A stretch of DNA of 64,000 nt from contig NC_043009.1 of assembly GCF_006345805.1 (NCBI RefSeq), positions 30,132,001 through 30,196,000 on the forward strand, read 5' to 3'. The notes below the pieces were generated by a model, which ran no database searches, was not told the DNA's origin, and was given only the letters and a program-made list of their open reading frames with translations. The translations under genes were made by a program, and so were the position numbers. How positions within the stretch are numbered: position 1 is the stretch's first letter; every line of letters starts with the position of its first letter. Origin of the DNA: Octopus sinensis (taxonomy: Eukaryota). This document shows positions 26,406 through 39,267 of the stretch, piece by piece.

Positions 26406-27660
26406 GTAAGTAGACACTGACGTTAGGCAAGTACCTGGAACGAAATTACTCCGGTCTGCTATTATGTGTATCTACATTAGAAATATGACAGGATTAGAAA
26501 GGCTTTTATTGAAAGCGGTTCGATTGTATCACTTTCACGAATTATACGTAAAATCTCATTGCGACAGACTTTTAAATTATCTCGCATTCTTTAAAAATTT
26601 CAGAGATACTTTCAAAGGAAGTTAAGCCAAAGAAAACTCGTTATTGACAGATGTTACAAGTTGAGAACAAGTGAGGAGAATTGCGATTTTGTATTGACAT
26701 AACGTAAATGCAGACGCCATTTCATTTCATAAGGCACAAAGACAGGACATTCAAAGGAAATGCTTAGCATTTATGTACTTTCAATAGAAATTATAGTGTC
26801 ATTCACAAAAGATTAAATTAAAAAGTGGGATTAAAATTTTATTTTAATGTGGGTATACCAAATGTTTTCTTCTTAGACGATGGTGGACACTACTAAATAG
26901 TATAAAGTATTCAGCTTCATTGTATTTCTGTCTAAAAGTATATGCGTTCCTGTGATGTTCATTTATATTTCAAGTTTATTAAATATGTTATGATAAACTG
27001 ATTTCCGAAAATCCGAAAATTTTCTGGTTTATCTTGAAGAGGTACCAAAATGCAGTGGATTATCAATATCGTAAGAGCGTAGAGAAAAATGTTTTACAAT
27101 CTTAGTTCCATATTTAAATGCTCTGTGTTCATGTCCAAGCCAGGAGTCATACATCAAATTCGTAAAGGAAACAAGCTAATTACTGCGGTCTAGTCAGACA
27201 GCAAAACTCTTCAACAAAATTCCAGGCTCTGTACTTCTTACGATTATAACAAAGCAAAACGTGGGTCAGTGACATCAGAGATAATAAAGTATTTTATGAC
27301 ATTTAGTCGCAAACTTTCGATGTTTAAATTTAATGTAGATGAGGGTGTATTTTACCTTTCATCTTTGTCGTATCGATAAAATAATTACGAGTCCATAATT
27401 CGATCCGATGATTTCGGTTATAACCCACTTCCGAAATTTAAAGCCTTGTTTTATATTTCTAAATCATTTTCACTAGTACTATAAAGTTTGTGTTTCAAAG
27501 AAACTGACTGGAGGATGTAGTATGGCTGATGCAGTTCTCTGAGAAATTCAGAAAGTATGTAAAGTTAATATGCCTCAAATCCGATGCGAAACTACAATAC
27601 CATTTGCAATACTATCCTATTCATTGAAAAATTAAATTCATAGAATTTAAAGAAGCTTTC

Positions 27661-28067
27661 ACTCTTTTTTATTCTTTTATTTATTACAGTCATTTGATTA
27701 CGGGCATGCTGGAGCACCACCTTTAGTCGGTCAGATCGACCCCAGGACTTATTCTATCGGTGTCATTTGCCGAAACACTAAGTTACGGGGACGTAAACAG
27801 ACCGGCATCGGTTGTCAAGTGATGCTGGGAAGACAAACACAGACACACAAACATATACACACACATACATATATACATACACACACACACACACATATAT
27901 ATATACGACGGGCTTCTTTCAGTTTCCGTCTACCAGTTTCCGTCCACTCATAAGGCTTTGGTCGGCCCGAGGCTATTAAAGAAGACACTTGCCCAAGGTG
28001 CCACGCAGTGGGACTGAACCCGCAACCATGTGGTTCGTAAGCAAGTTCACACAGCCACTCCTGCGCC
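27661..28067 (-). mobile_element. Full-length SINE family T
   Basis: Head GGCGCAGGAGTGGCTGTG, B-box-like GGTTCAGTCCC, internal microsatellite, 3' stem-loop. Confidence 0.9.
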
Positions 28068-28311
28068 TATAACATTATGAAAAGAAGGAGTAGAAATGTG
28101 TGACTTGCTTAACTTTTCTAATAACTTTTAGCGGGAAAAGTTAAAATGATTGCATGTAAACAACGGAAATAATATGAGAGCCTCATCTGAGAGGAGGAAA
28201 TTCCTTGCCGGCTGAGACGAAGGAAATTGTGATCATCAATTAGTTTTAAGAGAAAGAAAAACTGTAATTATATTTAGTATTTAAGGAAGCATAGCAATAT
28301 TGCTTTCAAAT

Positions 28312-28510
28312 TTTGTCACAAGGCCAGCAATTTCAGGGGAAGGATAAGTCGATTACATCGAGCCCAGTGTTCAACTGGTACTTAATTTATCGTCCGCCAA
28401 AGGATGAATAGCAAAGTCTATATCGGTGGAATTTGAGCACAGAACATAAAGACGGACTAAATGCCGCCAAGCATTTTGTTCGGTATGTTAATGATTCAGC
28501 CATGTCACTT
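28312..28510 (-). mobile_element. Diverged SINE family M copy
   Basis: cacaaggccagcaatttc 3' motif; aaaggatgaatagcaaagtc core. Confidence 0.7.
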
Positions 28511-29554
28511 CCTTCTGGCAGTATGATCTTGAATTAGAATCTTAAATTATGTTTGAATGATTATATCACGTTCGAGATGGCTTTTATTAAACATTGTCGT
28601 CATTTGACTCGATGATATCTGTATAATATCAGACAAATATTCTTTCTGAATATACTCTCAGTTTCAAGCCATTTTATATCCTTTACAAATCGTTTTTCAG
28701 TGCCAGTTCCATTATTTTCTTTCTATTTCATATTCTCTTTTGTTCATTCATGCTAATCCGAACGTCAAAATAAAAGCTTATCTTGAAGGCAAAACATTTG
28801 AAAGACAAAATCTAAGTCTTTTTGAACGGTTGTACATTCGCAGACTATTATTTACACGTAGGCGTTTCTTTCTCAAAATACATGTTTAATGTGGATGTGT
28901 TGAGAAATATTAAAAGATACTAAATAAATAGAGGTATTTAAAAGCGTCAAAAGAATTTCTGTGTTCAGTTCTGATGTCTGTAGTTTACAGATTAATAAAA
29001 CAGTAATAATTTAATGTGTTCTGAAGCACTCAACGGGTAGTTAATGTTATGTTTATTCGAAATCAACAGGATCTGAAATATATGTCTTCTGGATATGCTA
29101 ATAATTCATCGAAGATAAAATTTCTAAGATATCAGGATAATTAATAATTAAGTATAATAAATAATCAACTAATAAGAAAAGGAAACAGATCTGGAAACGC
29201 CAAAATTATCAGTATTATATTAAGTAGATATTGCGATGTGACTTTGATATTCGGTTGAAAACATTATTCTTCACTTATCTAATTATTTTGGGAAATGCTT
29301 TTAAAAAAAGTCAAAGCTGTACTCATTCTTATATTTAAAATTATACATATTTTTTTTTACCATAAAGGGAATATCTGTTTGTGTTTTATCTTTAAAAATA
29401 TTGAATTTACTTTCATTATTCAAAACAAAACGAAATAGTTTTATATCAGAGAAAAGGGCCGGAACCTGTCTAACTTAATGCTGCGTTGTTTCTGATACCG
29501 CGGAACGGAAAAGTTCCCTTGATGCTGACTTCAGCAACTTCTTAAAATATTCTT

Positions 29555-29740
29555 TTCTATTCTAGGTACAAGGCCTGAAACTTTTGGGGAGAGAGCCAGT
29601 TGATTAGATCGACAACAGTACGCAACTGGAACTCAATTTATCTATCCTGAAAGTTAAAGTCGACGTCGGCGGAATTTGAACTCCGAACGTAAAGACAAAA
29701 GAAATATCGGCGTGCTAACTTTTCTGCCAGCTCGCCGCTT
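29555..29740 (-). mobile_element. SINE family M copy
   Basis: Ends ctgccagctcgccgc; ggtacaaggcctgaaa 3' motif. Confidence 0.8.
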
Positions 29741-31205
29741 TAACTTATCAAGGTATTAAAAATGTATCTGACTCGCCTGCAAGCATCATAATCACGTAAG
29801 GTATGTCTTATGGTGTTGAATACAGAAACGCAATATATAAAATACCTTCAACATACAACGAAGTTCTCACTGACTTGGGCGGTAATGAATAGTACCATTA
29901 TCCTTTGTAGAGGTCTCTTCTAGTACCATTATCCTTTGTAGAGGTCTCTTCTATGAGCTAGATAAGGGATTTTATATATATGCTAGCCATAACCAAGGAC
30001 TCTACCTCAAAATAATACACTTCCCTCTTCAATGAAAATTCATTAGATCATGTAGTTCTCTATATCCAAAATACGAAAGGATTGTCATGTTTGGAATGCA
30101 TTTAGACATAGATCTTCACTGAAGAGGATTTCCCATGAGTTTAGCAGCAACAATGAAAGCATAATGTGACATTTTTCTGAAGCAGAAATATCTTGTATTT
30201 CGGAAGATTAAAGCAGAGTGCCATGGAGTTCATACATTTTAATAAGAATTCGGAATCGTATCATTGGTTTCCATTTTTGAATTGAACTGTATCAGTATGG
30301 TATAACAAACGGAGTACTTATTTTAAATTCATAAAAGGAAACGATCAAAAAGAAAATACTTGAAGGAATTAAAATTGACTACTCCGACCAAATTGTATTT
30401 CAAATCAATTTTGGTTGTGAGTTAGGATGTAATATACGAAGTTGTAATAGCAAGAACACTTTGAAGTCAGTTTGGCCCCGAAAAATAAGGAAATGAAGAA
30501 GCTCACAGATATTTAATTGAAACTTTTGTATTCAAATTTTTCACACAACTTTATATCAACCAAAAATGAATTGAGGGAAGAAATATGTGAAATGAATTTT
30601 AAACGGACGAATACAGGCTAAATTATAAACAAACACCTAATCATTAAGGATTTAGAAATAGCACATAACTGGGAAAGATAATAATGTGAAATTTCCACAG
30701 GAAAAGAAAATAGCAACATGAAGATCAGGAAACATCAAAGTAAACGTACAAAATAACATCAACAAAATCATAAAGAATACATTTTGTAAAACAATAAATT
30801 TTTAAAAAATAATGTAACGCAATACTAAACACTATTTTGGCTTGTTTATAGATTTTCGAGTGGAATGAAAGAATTATAACAAATGCATTGAAGTCTGAAA
30901 GCGTAGGATATTATTTTGCTCGATTTTAATTTGTTCACCACACAATACATGTAATACAATAGTCCCCAAATACATTTTTTTAAACATCTGCTTCACTTCA
31001 CGTTGAGAAAACAAAATCTGAATGTCGGCTTTTCCCTTGAAGTGTCTATTTATGTTTAAAAGGGGTTACTTTTTTGTTTACAAATTTGGGATGATTCACT
31101 TATTCAAATATCTTTAGGCTACATACAGGAAATAAGGTTCCCATATTCATTTCACACTGTCTAAAACCATTGTTACTGTCAAGTAGTTTTCTTCCTCTGC
31201 TTCAG

Positions 31206-32593
31206 AGTGTATCACTGAAATAACATCTTACATCGAGTCGCTAATACAAGTGCAAGTCAAAGGTATTCCTCTTTGCTTCCTGTTTAAAAAGGTTAGAAAT
31301 TGTCAATTATTGTCAACCCTTCGCACTCAAAATAATGAAATTAAATTTTCCATTAAAATTGTTTTCTGCTTTCTTTTATTAAGTACTAAGTGACATTTTT
31401 AGTCCGAGAAATATATTTTTGGCTGCTTATAACTAGGTACACACTAAGGTAGAAATGACAAAATAAGGTGTTCCTACTCTTTCAAACGATGTTATCGGGG
31501 AAAGGAATATTGAACCGCGTTAAGAAAATATCGAAATTACCGAACAGCTTCTGTATCCAGAGATATACATTTTGCCCTACGGCAAATAATGTAATGTTGG
31601 CTGTTTACACTGACTCAAGGTGATAATTTTAGTCATTTTGCGCAGCCTATGGGCAGCGATGGATTAGAAGAATTATTCGAGCTGCACTGAATTCATATGT
31701 AACTTCTAATACCTCTACTCTACCAATTTATGGCCATAGGTCCGTAAAATATACCATTAATGTTTATCTTCGATGCTTATAAATACATAGAAATAAGATT
31801 ATCGATTAAACCAGCCTCATTATATCTTATCTTCCTTGTAGAGTTACAAAGCTAATGTTATCTCTGAAAGATTTGAACACAAAGTACTCATGTTTAGAAG
31901 TAATTATTTTGAAAGATTTAATCTCCAGATAACTGTTTCTACCTCTTCAACGTCTTGAAGCTATTCATATTAATGAAAATATTATTGCAAATACCAAAGT
32001 AAGAAGTGTTTCCTCCTGTCTTTTCCATTTCCGTTTCAAGTCGTTATTTTATAAGTAGCTTCATTTAAACTTGCACCGTTAATGCATTTGTTAATTGCAC
32101 GTATGCCATAACGTATCAGTCCCTATCCTTCGAACAATGCCAGACTTTGTTGCCAGTAAATGGAAACCGATATTAATTAAAAATTTATATCGGCATGAAT
32201 GCTTCCAAATTCTATATCTCTTCTTTTAGAAATAAATATGAGACTCGGCGCTAATGTCTGAAACCAATATTAATTAAAATTCGACTCTACTATTTAATAC
32301 GCTGTTACATAAAATAAAATTGCAATAATGAGAGCAAGATTTATCTTAGACAATGAATTCAAGTAAATATATTACACAGTTCATTAAGGCTTATTAACAA
32401 CATTTCCGATCTGTTGATTTACTGTAATTTGAGTAATTTACTAACGTTTTAGTATTCTATTTATCTTAGAGCTGGTTCGATCTGATCGTTATAGACTATT
32501 CAACCGTATATATTTACATCGACATAGCGTCAACAAATCGCTATCGTTCTCTTCTAACAGGGCACCAATATTGATGACTATCGTCTCATATAG
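31206..32593 (+). CDS. Candidate last four exons (31206-31262, 31646-31739, 31842-31899, 32561-32593) of an unrecognised gene
   Basis: All introns GT-AG with pyrimidine-rich acceptors and compatible phases (1,2,0); product ...CITEITSYIESLIQVQVKAYGQRWIRRIIRAALNSYVTSNTSTLPIYGHRVTKLMLSLKDLNTKYSCLEGTNIDDYRLI*; AATAAA near 32737. Exons were chosen by eye after the fact. Confidence 0.3.
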
Positions 32594-33399
32594 AGCTCAA
32601 GGAAAAGCTGATCGATTTGATAAGAGTAACTGGGTGTTGTCCTCGGTCTTTTTTTATTAGATTAAGAAACCGAGAGATTGGGAGTTTATAAGTTCATATC
32701 CAATATTGTTCTCTGCTTTTAGTTAAGTCAGAGTTAAATAAAAAAAAAGGTCAATTAAGTGACCGTATTTAATATGGTTTAACCGAAAAATATCTATTGT
32801 CTGATGGCTGGATCTCCTACAACAAACAAACAAAATATACGTCTTGCATAAAATAACGACAAGAAATATTAGATAATGTAGTTCTTTATATCACTGGAAA
32901 AATTAGATATCCATTGTATGAATATCTTCAATGATAGATGATCGAAAGTTAAATAGGGATTAACAACAAAAACAAAAGCGGCAGCAACAAAAGCAACGTT
33001 GGTGTTAAGAGGGGTAGCACTGCAAAACGTCCTCGTAAGTCGAGGACGCAACGTTCAGTTTCTCCTGTAATCGTAGTCACAGGCAGAATGCATATTATCA
33101 AAGTATGCCTCATAAACTAGAGTTAACGTAAGACTCAGATTTTACAGGATATACATGGCATCATTATATCTCTAAAAGTGGCAGTATCAAAACTGCACGC
33201 GAATGATAACCTTTTGATATCCTTGGGACCTTTGTGGTTTCCGTCACTGTTTACAATTTTGTTCCAGTTTTTTTTCAAATTTGGATATAAATTATGTTTT
33301 GTATATCAATTATGAAAATGAAATTCAATTTTCCCTCTAAATCCATAATTAAAAAGTTATTAGCCTTTAAAATTTGCAAAATTTGAGTCAGAAGCGATT

Positions 33400-33890
33400 A
33401 TTTTGCGCATCTGTTTCCATAGTAGCCAAAAGCGAGTATTTTATACTCTGTTTCCATAGTAACCAAAGATACTGCGCATGCGGAATGGAGTGTAGGAATT
33501 AAACGCGGGTGTGGGTCACACCGTTCCATTTTTGACTTATCTTTGTGAATGTATATGGAGAAGAATATACAAGAAAGATTATGTATTTTATAAAATCCTA
33601 GAATGTATTGCAAACTTTCGATCTTTTTAAATAATAAATGTGTTTTAAACAATTATTTCGCTGTTATTTCTAGCAACTCTTGTTGGTTTGTTCGTAACTT
33701 TTAAATATTTAATTTGCTAGCGAATGTTTTAACGTTAACTTTACTCGTGTATATTTGAATATTTTAACTGTTATTTCTAACAACCCCTGTTGGTTTATTT
33801 ACTGTAGCTAGTTTAATGTTTTGATAAGCCGATGACCCACACCCTGATCTTGGGAGAGGCAGCGAACGCGCTGTTTTCTGATTGGCTGAA
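33400..33890. promoter_or_regulatory. Probable TATA-less promoter: tandem RFX X-boxes, NRF1-like site, NF-Y CCAAT box
   Basis: GTTTCCATAGTAGC 33413-33426, GTTTCCATAGTAAC 33450-33463, TGCGCATGCG 33473-33482, CTGATTGGCTG 33878-33888; local CpG enrichment. Confidence 0.6.
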
Positions 33891-34210
33891 AATCCTGCAC
33901 TTTGAACGTCTAACATTTCTGGAAAATTCTTTCTGGAATATATAAATAACAAATTCAGATTAAAATATTTTTTTAAAGACAATTGTAAACAGTGACGAAA
34001 AGCACAAAGATCCTATCCTTGTAGTTTTAAGAAACATTGCACTCTAGGATCATGAGTAACACAGCAGAAAAATACTAAACTATAGATACTATACAATACA
34101 TATATCATACTATCCAATGGTAGTGGAGTATTGACTCCTTGATAGATATATAAACATAAGGATATCAAATATGATACTGTCATACTCAAGATGCAATGAA
34201 TACTGGTTAG

Positions 34211-34583
34211 AATATTGGGTTCATAACCGGTAGTTCGTGGGGTAGAATTTCGGACACATTGATTGACCGAGTCCATAAGAAAGTCATTATATTTAACGTT
34301 GCACCAGTACATTCGGCTAAACAATTCGTATCAATGGGACCTGCGGGTTAATTCTGAAATGGATTTGCTCACGTTCATTTGTGTGGAGAGACTTTTATTC
34401 TAAGGATAAAACACTAACATTTCTCTATGATCCTAATTGACCTGTAGGCTGGAGTCACTGTTGACAGCTTTTCTTGTATTTGTAGAATTGTTTGACGAAC
34501 ACAAATGTTTTGTGAATGCTGACCCAGCTATACCTGAATGTCAGATGCGAAAATGTCACCATGAATGCCGTCAACTACTATGA
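34211..34583 (+). CDS. Candidate two-exon 3' end (34211-34346, 34486-34583), Cys-rich C-terminus
   Basis: Strong second acceptor ttttcttgtatttgtag; NIGFITGSSWGRISDTLIDRVHKKVIIFNVAPVHSAKQFVSMGPAELFDEHKCFVNADPAIPECQMRKCHHECRQLL*; weak donor gttaat. Confidence 0.22.
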
Positions 34584-36104
34584 TAAATAATTTTGTTCTT
34601 ATACATATGGAAGTGTATTATCTCAGTACTCGAACAAATCAAATCACTCGTTTTCTAAGTTGTACCTAACCGTGACGCTGACAGTGAATCAAGAGAAAGA
34701 AAACAAAAGCACATTGAGTTGTCTGCTGCTGATTAAATAAGAACCATCTTTAACAGCTAAGTAGGCTTAGCTACAAAGTGGAAGAAATATTCGATTGGTG
34801 AAGGATACATCAATAAGCAACGCTGATTTGAATTTGTTCTTTTGGAAAAGTTCAAAGAAGGAAAAGATCTCTTACAAGAGATTTATAAGCGAGAACTGCT
34901 TATCTACTGTCTGGCGAATAGAGTTGAGAAACATAATTTAAATCAGTCTTGTATGTAGCAGAGTTTCATATCGACGTAAAGGGAAAGAAATTTACAACAC
35001 AAATGCGAGGAGCATTTTAAAGGAACGGGTAGTATACATCAGGTAAATACAGTTTCACATATATAAGAAGTTGAAACTTTTCAACTATCTGAGATTATCC
35101 AGGCAATAAATAGATACAGTCTCCCATAAAGCAGTCTAAAACGTAATCACCGTAAGGTTGATAAGAACAAGTTGATCGAAAGATTTGGCCAATAATGTCT
35201 GGAGTGAATCTGGTTTTGAAACTCTACTGGTGAGAGCAAACGTGTTTCCCTCATAATACCCACCACCACCACAAATTATAATCTACTCAGCTAGCAAGCC
35301 TGATTATATTCAATACGTTTAGAAACTGAAATCAGTGAAACAGATTATTTCTCTCAGCGATTTCAGTGAGCGACCATATCTCTGTGAAACGTTCTGGTTC
35401 ACTGATAAATACGCTAGGATTCCAGTTTAAAAAAAAATATACTGAATTATCACGTGATGGAAGGTATTTACCTCATTACGTAACACATGCGAGGGACTTA
35501 CATGTTGAAATCGAATCGATCATCCATTGTCTCAAATTTCTAAATAACATGAGGACCCAAGTGCGAAATACAGCCAAATCGATCTCCTTACTTTTTAGTG
35601 AGTTATGCTGACAAGACGTCACGGTATATAGCGTGACCTTCCCACCTAAAGTAACAATACTTTGTATGCAGTTCCCGCTCCATTCATTTTGCTTCTACTC
35701 CACAACAGACAGCCAGGTCACTAAGGTTACCAAGCAGGTCAGACTGTGTCCTGCAACTTTCGTCTACGTTGCCAAGACACGTCAGTGTTTTCCATCTGCC
35801 AAGAAAGATGTTAATAACGTTTATCGCAATTCATGATAATATTGTTTCATTTGCTGTATTTTATGGTTGCTGTAGAAAAACATTCGTTGCAAAAACGGAG
35901 ATCAACAAACCGAGAATAGAACTTGAGGTCAAGAAAAGAGCAAAATCAAAATAAGAAGCAATAAAATACGCACTCACGATCTCTGGATAATTTATGTAAA
36001 ATTCCGAAGAAAATAATTTGAAAAAAAAAAATAAAGTACAGATAAAAAGAAAGAACAGAAAAAAAAACTTAAAATACTTCGATATTCTTACGTAATGGTT
36101 TCAA

Positions 36105-36310
36105 ATTTGAAACAAGGACAGTTGTTTATGGGGATAGGTGAGTCGATTCCGTCGACCCTAATGTTCAACTAATACTTATTTTATCGACCCTAATAGGATA
36201 AAATGCAAATTCGACCTCCGTGGAATTAAAATTCAGAGTGTAAATACGAACGAAATTCTGTTAAGCATTTTGTCCGGCATGGTAACGATTCGGCCATCTC
36301 ACCGCTTTAG
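36105..36310 (-). mobile_element. Diverged SINE family M copy
   Basis: tttatcgaccc...aggataaaatgcaaattcgacctc core. Confidence 0.7.
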
Positions 36311-36855
36311 CCCTATTCTAAGATAATTATTGATATATCTATATCTTAATACAGTGTCCAAGTATCAACTTCGTTTTCTGTGGAATAAGTGAAAAGGAAC
36401 CTAGAAAGAAACGAATAGTATGAACAGATAAGATTAATCACTCATAATCTTGGAAGACGGATGTGAATTTGTAAAGCTTTTTCACGCCTTCTCTGTGGGG
36501 GTTCGAATATTGCGTGTTATATGAAAAGCGATATCAACAAATAAATGAATATTATACTCAAAGGAAAAAAATAAAGAAAACAGATTCGTCAATACAATAT
36601 ATCCTTACATATTTAAATATATCTTTGAAAAAGCCCAGTTGTAGGAGATTTTTTTTATGTTACCAAAATTCCAATTTCACGAAAAGTACTAAAATATCTT
36701 CACATCAGTAATACTATTCAACATAGCAGTTATTCATAGAAATTTTAGGAAAAAGAAAGTGCCGATATAATAACCATTTGAAAGGAATTGCGCTACATAC
36801 ATGTGTGTTCCTGTAGGCCTCTGGTGTGTCTACTTGATTTTGTGTGTTGTGGATG

Positions 36856-37129
36856 TTAGGTATGTGAACGCATGCAATCCTGGTTGCTTATAGATTTTTC
36901 AAAAGTGTTTTCACTATCATTTTTTTTCTTTATTGCACACTTAGAACTCTTCTTCTTCTGATTACCTATTTCTCCTATTTTATTTACATCTGAAAGAAAG
37001 GCACTTGGTTTCTGATTTAAGAACTCTACCACTCTGCCATTCAATGTGTTTAAATTATATACACAAATATGAATATCGATTGCATGTACCTATATTTGTA
37101 AATGCGTGAGATTATAAACATACTCACAT

Positions 37130-37181
<52 letters not shown>

Positions 37182-37397
37182 GCCCGACCACATACACTTA
37201 TACGTATGTGTGTATGTAATTTCATACACGCATATTACCATTGAATACAGAGACGCATACAAAGATCTGTATGTTTGCCTAATTACGCACGCATAACATC
37301 ATAACATAGTAATCATATATTTAATTAGGAGAGACAGATTAGAAAGAATAGAGAAAATAGAGAACACACATATTAAAATAAACGTTCCTATATATAT

Positions 37398-37440
<43 letters not shown>

Positions 37441-37457
37441 TATATATATAATATATA

Positions 37458-37496
<39 letters not shown>

Positions 37497-38245
37497 ATAT
37501 ATATATATATATATATATACACATACATACATATACACATATATAGACATACATACATACATACATACATACATACATACATACATACATACATAAATAC
37601 ATACATACATACATACATACATACATACAAACATACATACACACACACTTATAAATATATGTTCGTAAAAGCGGTTGTGTATGTTTGGATGAATAGATGT
37701 AGTTATGTATGTGTGTTAAAACGAGCGCATACATACGCACACTTAGAGCAACAGATACAGCCATAGAGAATCTTGTTTCGTTAGGGAGTAAAGCTTTATT
37801 GCAGATATAAAAAGTGCTGCGAGTTACACTTATCCACTTGAATGTGTGAATGCCGCCTGTATTGGACTACTTGAATATATGATAGATCTTGAAGAAATAT
37901 ATAAAATAAATAGTTTTTCATTGATGAAAACTACAACTAGTAGCCAAAGTAGCTAATTTCCTTTGCAGTCTCTTTCATAAGAGTGTAATAGTGAAGTAGT
38001 GAACGTATAAACCATGTTAAGGTAACCTGTTCATATTCCAATGTGGGTTTTTAATCAGCTGTTTATATATCTTTGTGTCTTCTGGTGCAATACTTGAAAT
38101 GTATGTGTTCATGGTTTACTTTAAGTGCTGAGAATAATTACCAGATTTGTTCCATGATTTATTCTGAGAATAGTCTTGGAAATAAATGAAGAATTCTGCC
38201 ATGAACAATGTCATAGGGGCAACAGTGAAATAAATCAGACTTACG
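36856..38245 (-). CDS. Candidate last two exons (38245-38142, 36989-36856): transmembrane segment plus Lys-rich tail
   Basis: Very strong acceptors (ttttttatcttttttacttttctag; cctttctttcag), donor G|gtaatt, phase 1 match; VSLIYFTVAPMTLFMAEFFIYFQDYSQNKSWNKSDVNKIGEIGNQKKKSSK... Confidence 0.3.
37130..37650. repeat. Compound (TA)n/(TATAA)/(CATA)n microsatellites
   Basis: Visible directly. Confidence 0.95.
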
Positions 38246-39059
38246 CTAGAAAAGTAAAAAAGATAAAAAAAAAATTGAATATAGCACGTCAGAGTTAATA
38301 AGCAGAGAAAACTCATATTCGTAGTATAATAGAAACAAAAACCTATAGCGTTATAGGTTTTTGTGTCTATTTACAGCTGGGTGACGTGTGTTATTGAAGA
38401 TGTATAATTTTGCATGGACATAGTGTATTAAAATATCTGAGCTGTCGAATAATCATAAGAAATGTGATGTGCTTTTGGCCATCTGATATCTTCAGTATTG
38501 AGAATGTTATATTTATATATTGCACTTTCGTCAAATCTAAGGGAGTATAATTTGAGTATTTACATTGTAGAATTTGGTTCGCTAAAGTTTTGAATGTTAC
38601 GTACCAGAATTAGATAAATATCTTTTTAGCACACTCCGTTTTGATGATAATATACTGCGGCACACAGCCCAAAATATGATAAAAGCTCTTAATACAGTAT
38701 TCATCGCCGATATTGGATAAATGCTTGCAATGCGAAGAGGGATATGGCATACAGAAGCTCTATGTATATAAAGGTTTACCTGTTTTCACTACCATAAAAA
38801 CTGAAGCCGCAATTATATTTCATTTAATCAATTGTATTCATCAGTAAATTAAAAGACAGCAAAGTGTTTGGAAAAGAACGATGAGTTGATTTATGCTAGG
38901 GATTACACAGTCTTGAAGTCCCTCTTTCGTGTTTGTGTCCAGATACTAAAAGCCAAGCAAAATATATTCAGTGTGTGAAAGACCTAATACAAAATAAAAA
39001 GAAATCGAAATGTGGAAGAGATGTAGTGAGGGTGAATGATGTAGTGAGAGGAAACGACG

Positions 39060-39267
39060 GTAAACCAGTAGGAGTTGGTGTAAATGGTATGAGTTGAACA
39101 AGTGGTGAAAGAGTGCAGTAGGGTTCGCCACCCCTCCTGCCGGACTCTCGTGGAGCTTTAGGTGTTTTGGCTCAATAAGCACTCACAACGTCCGGTCTGG
39201 GAATCGAAACCGCGATCCTGTGTCCGCGAGTACGGTGCCATAACCACTGGGCTATTGGGCCTCCACA
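39060..39267 (-). mobile_element. Third tRNA-derived SINE type
   Basis: Minus head GGCCCAATAGCCCAGTGGTTA (A box) ... GGTTTCGATTCCC (B box), followed by a non-tRNA body. Confidence 0.7.

Noticed and set aside
26370-26480. Possible TIR-domain similarity (SAFITLDYNWV...VPGT)
   Set aside because: Motif spacing does not fit and there is no upstream LRR pattern; resemblance too weak to call
27990-28067. tRNA gene-like A/B boxes here and at 39200-39267
   Set aside because: No closed cloverleaf; continues into repeated SINE bodies
29890-29953. 31-bp tandem duplication (also 19 bp at 15382-15419) as possible CRISPR-like array
   Set aside because: Only two adjacent copies, no spacers, eukaryotic context; simple slippage duplications
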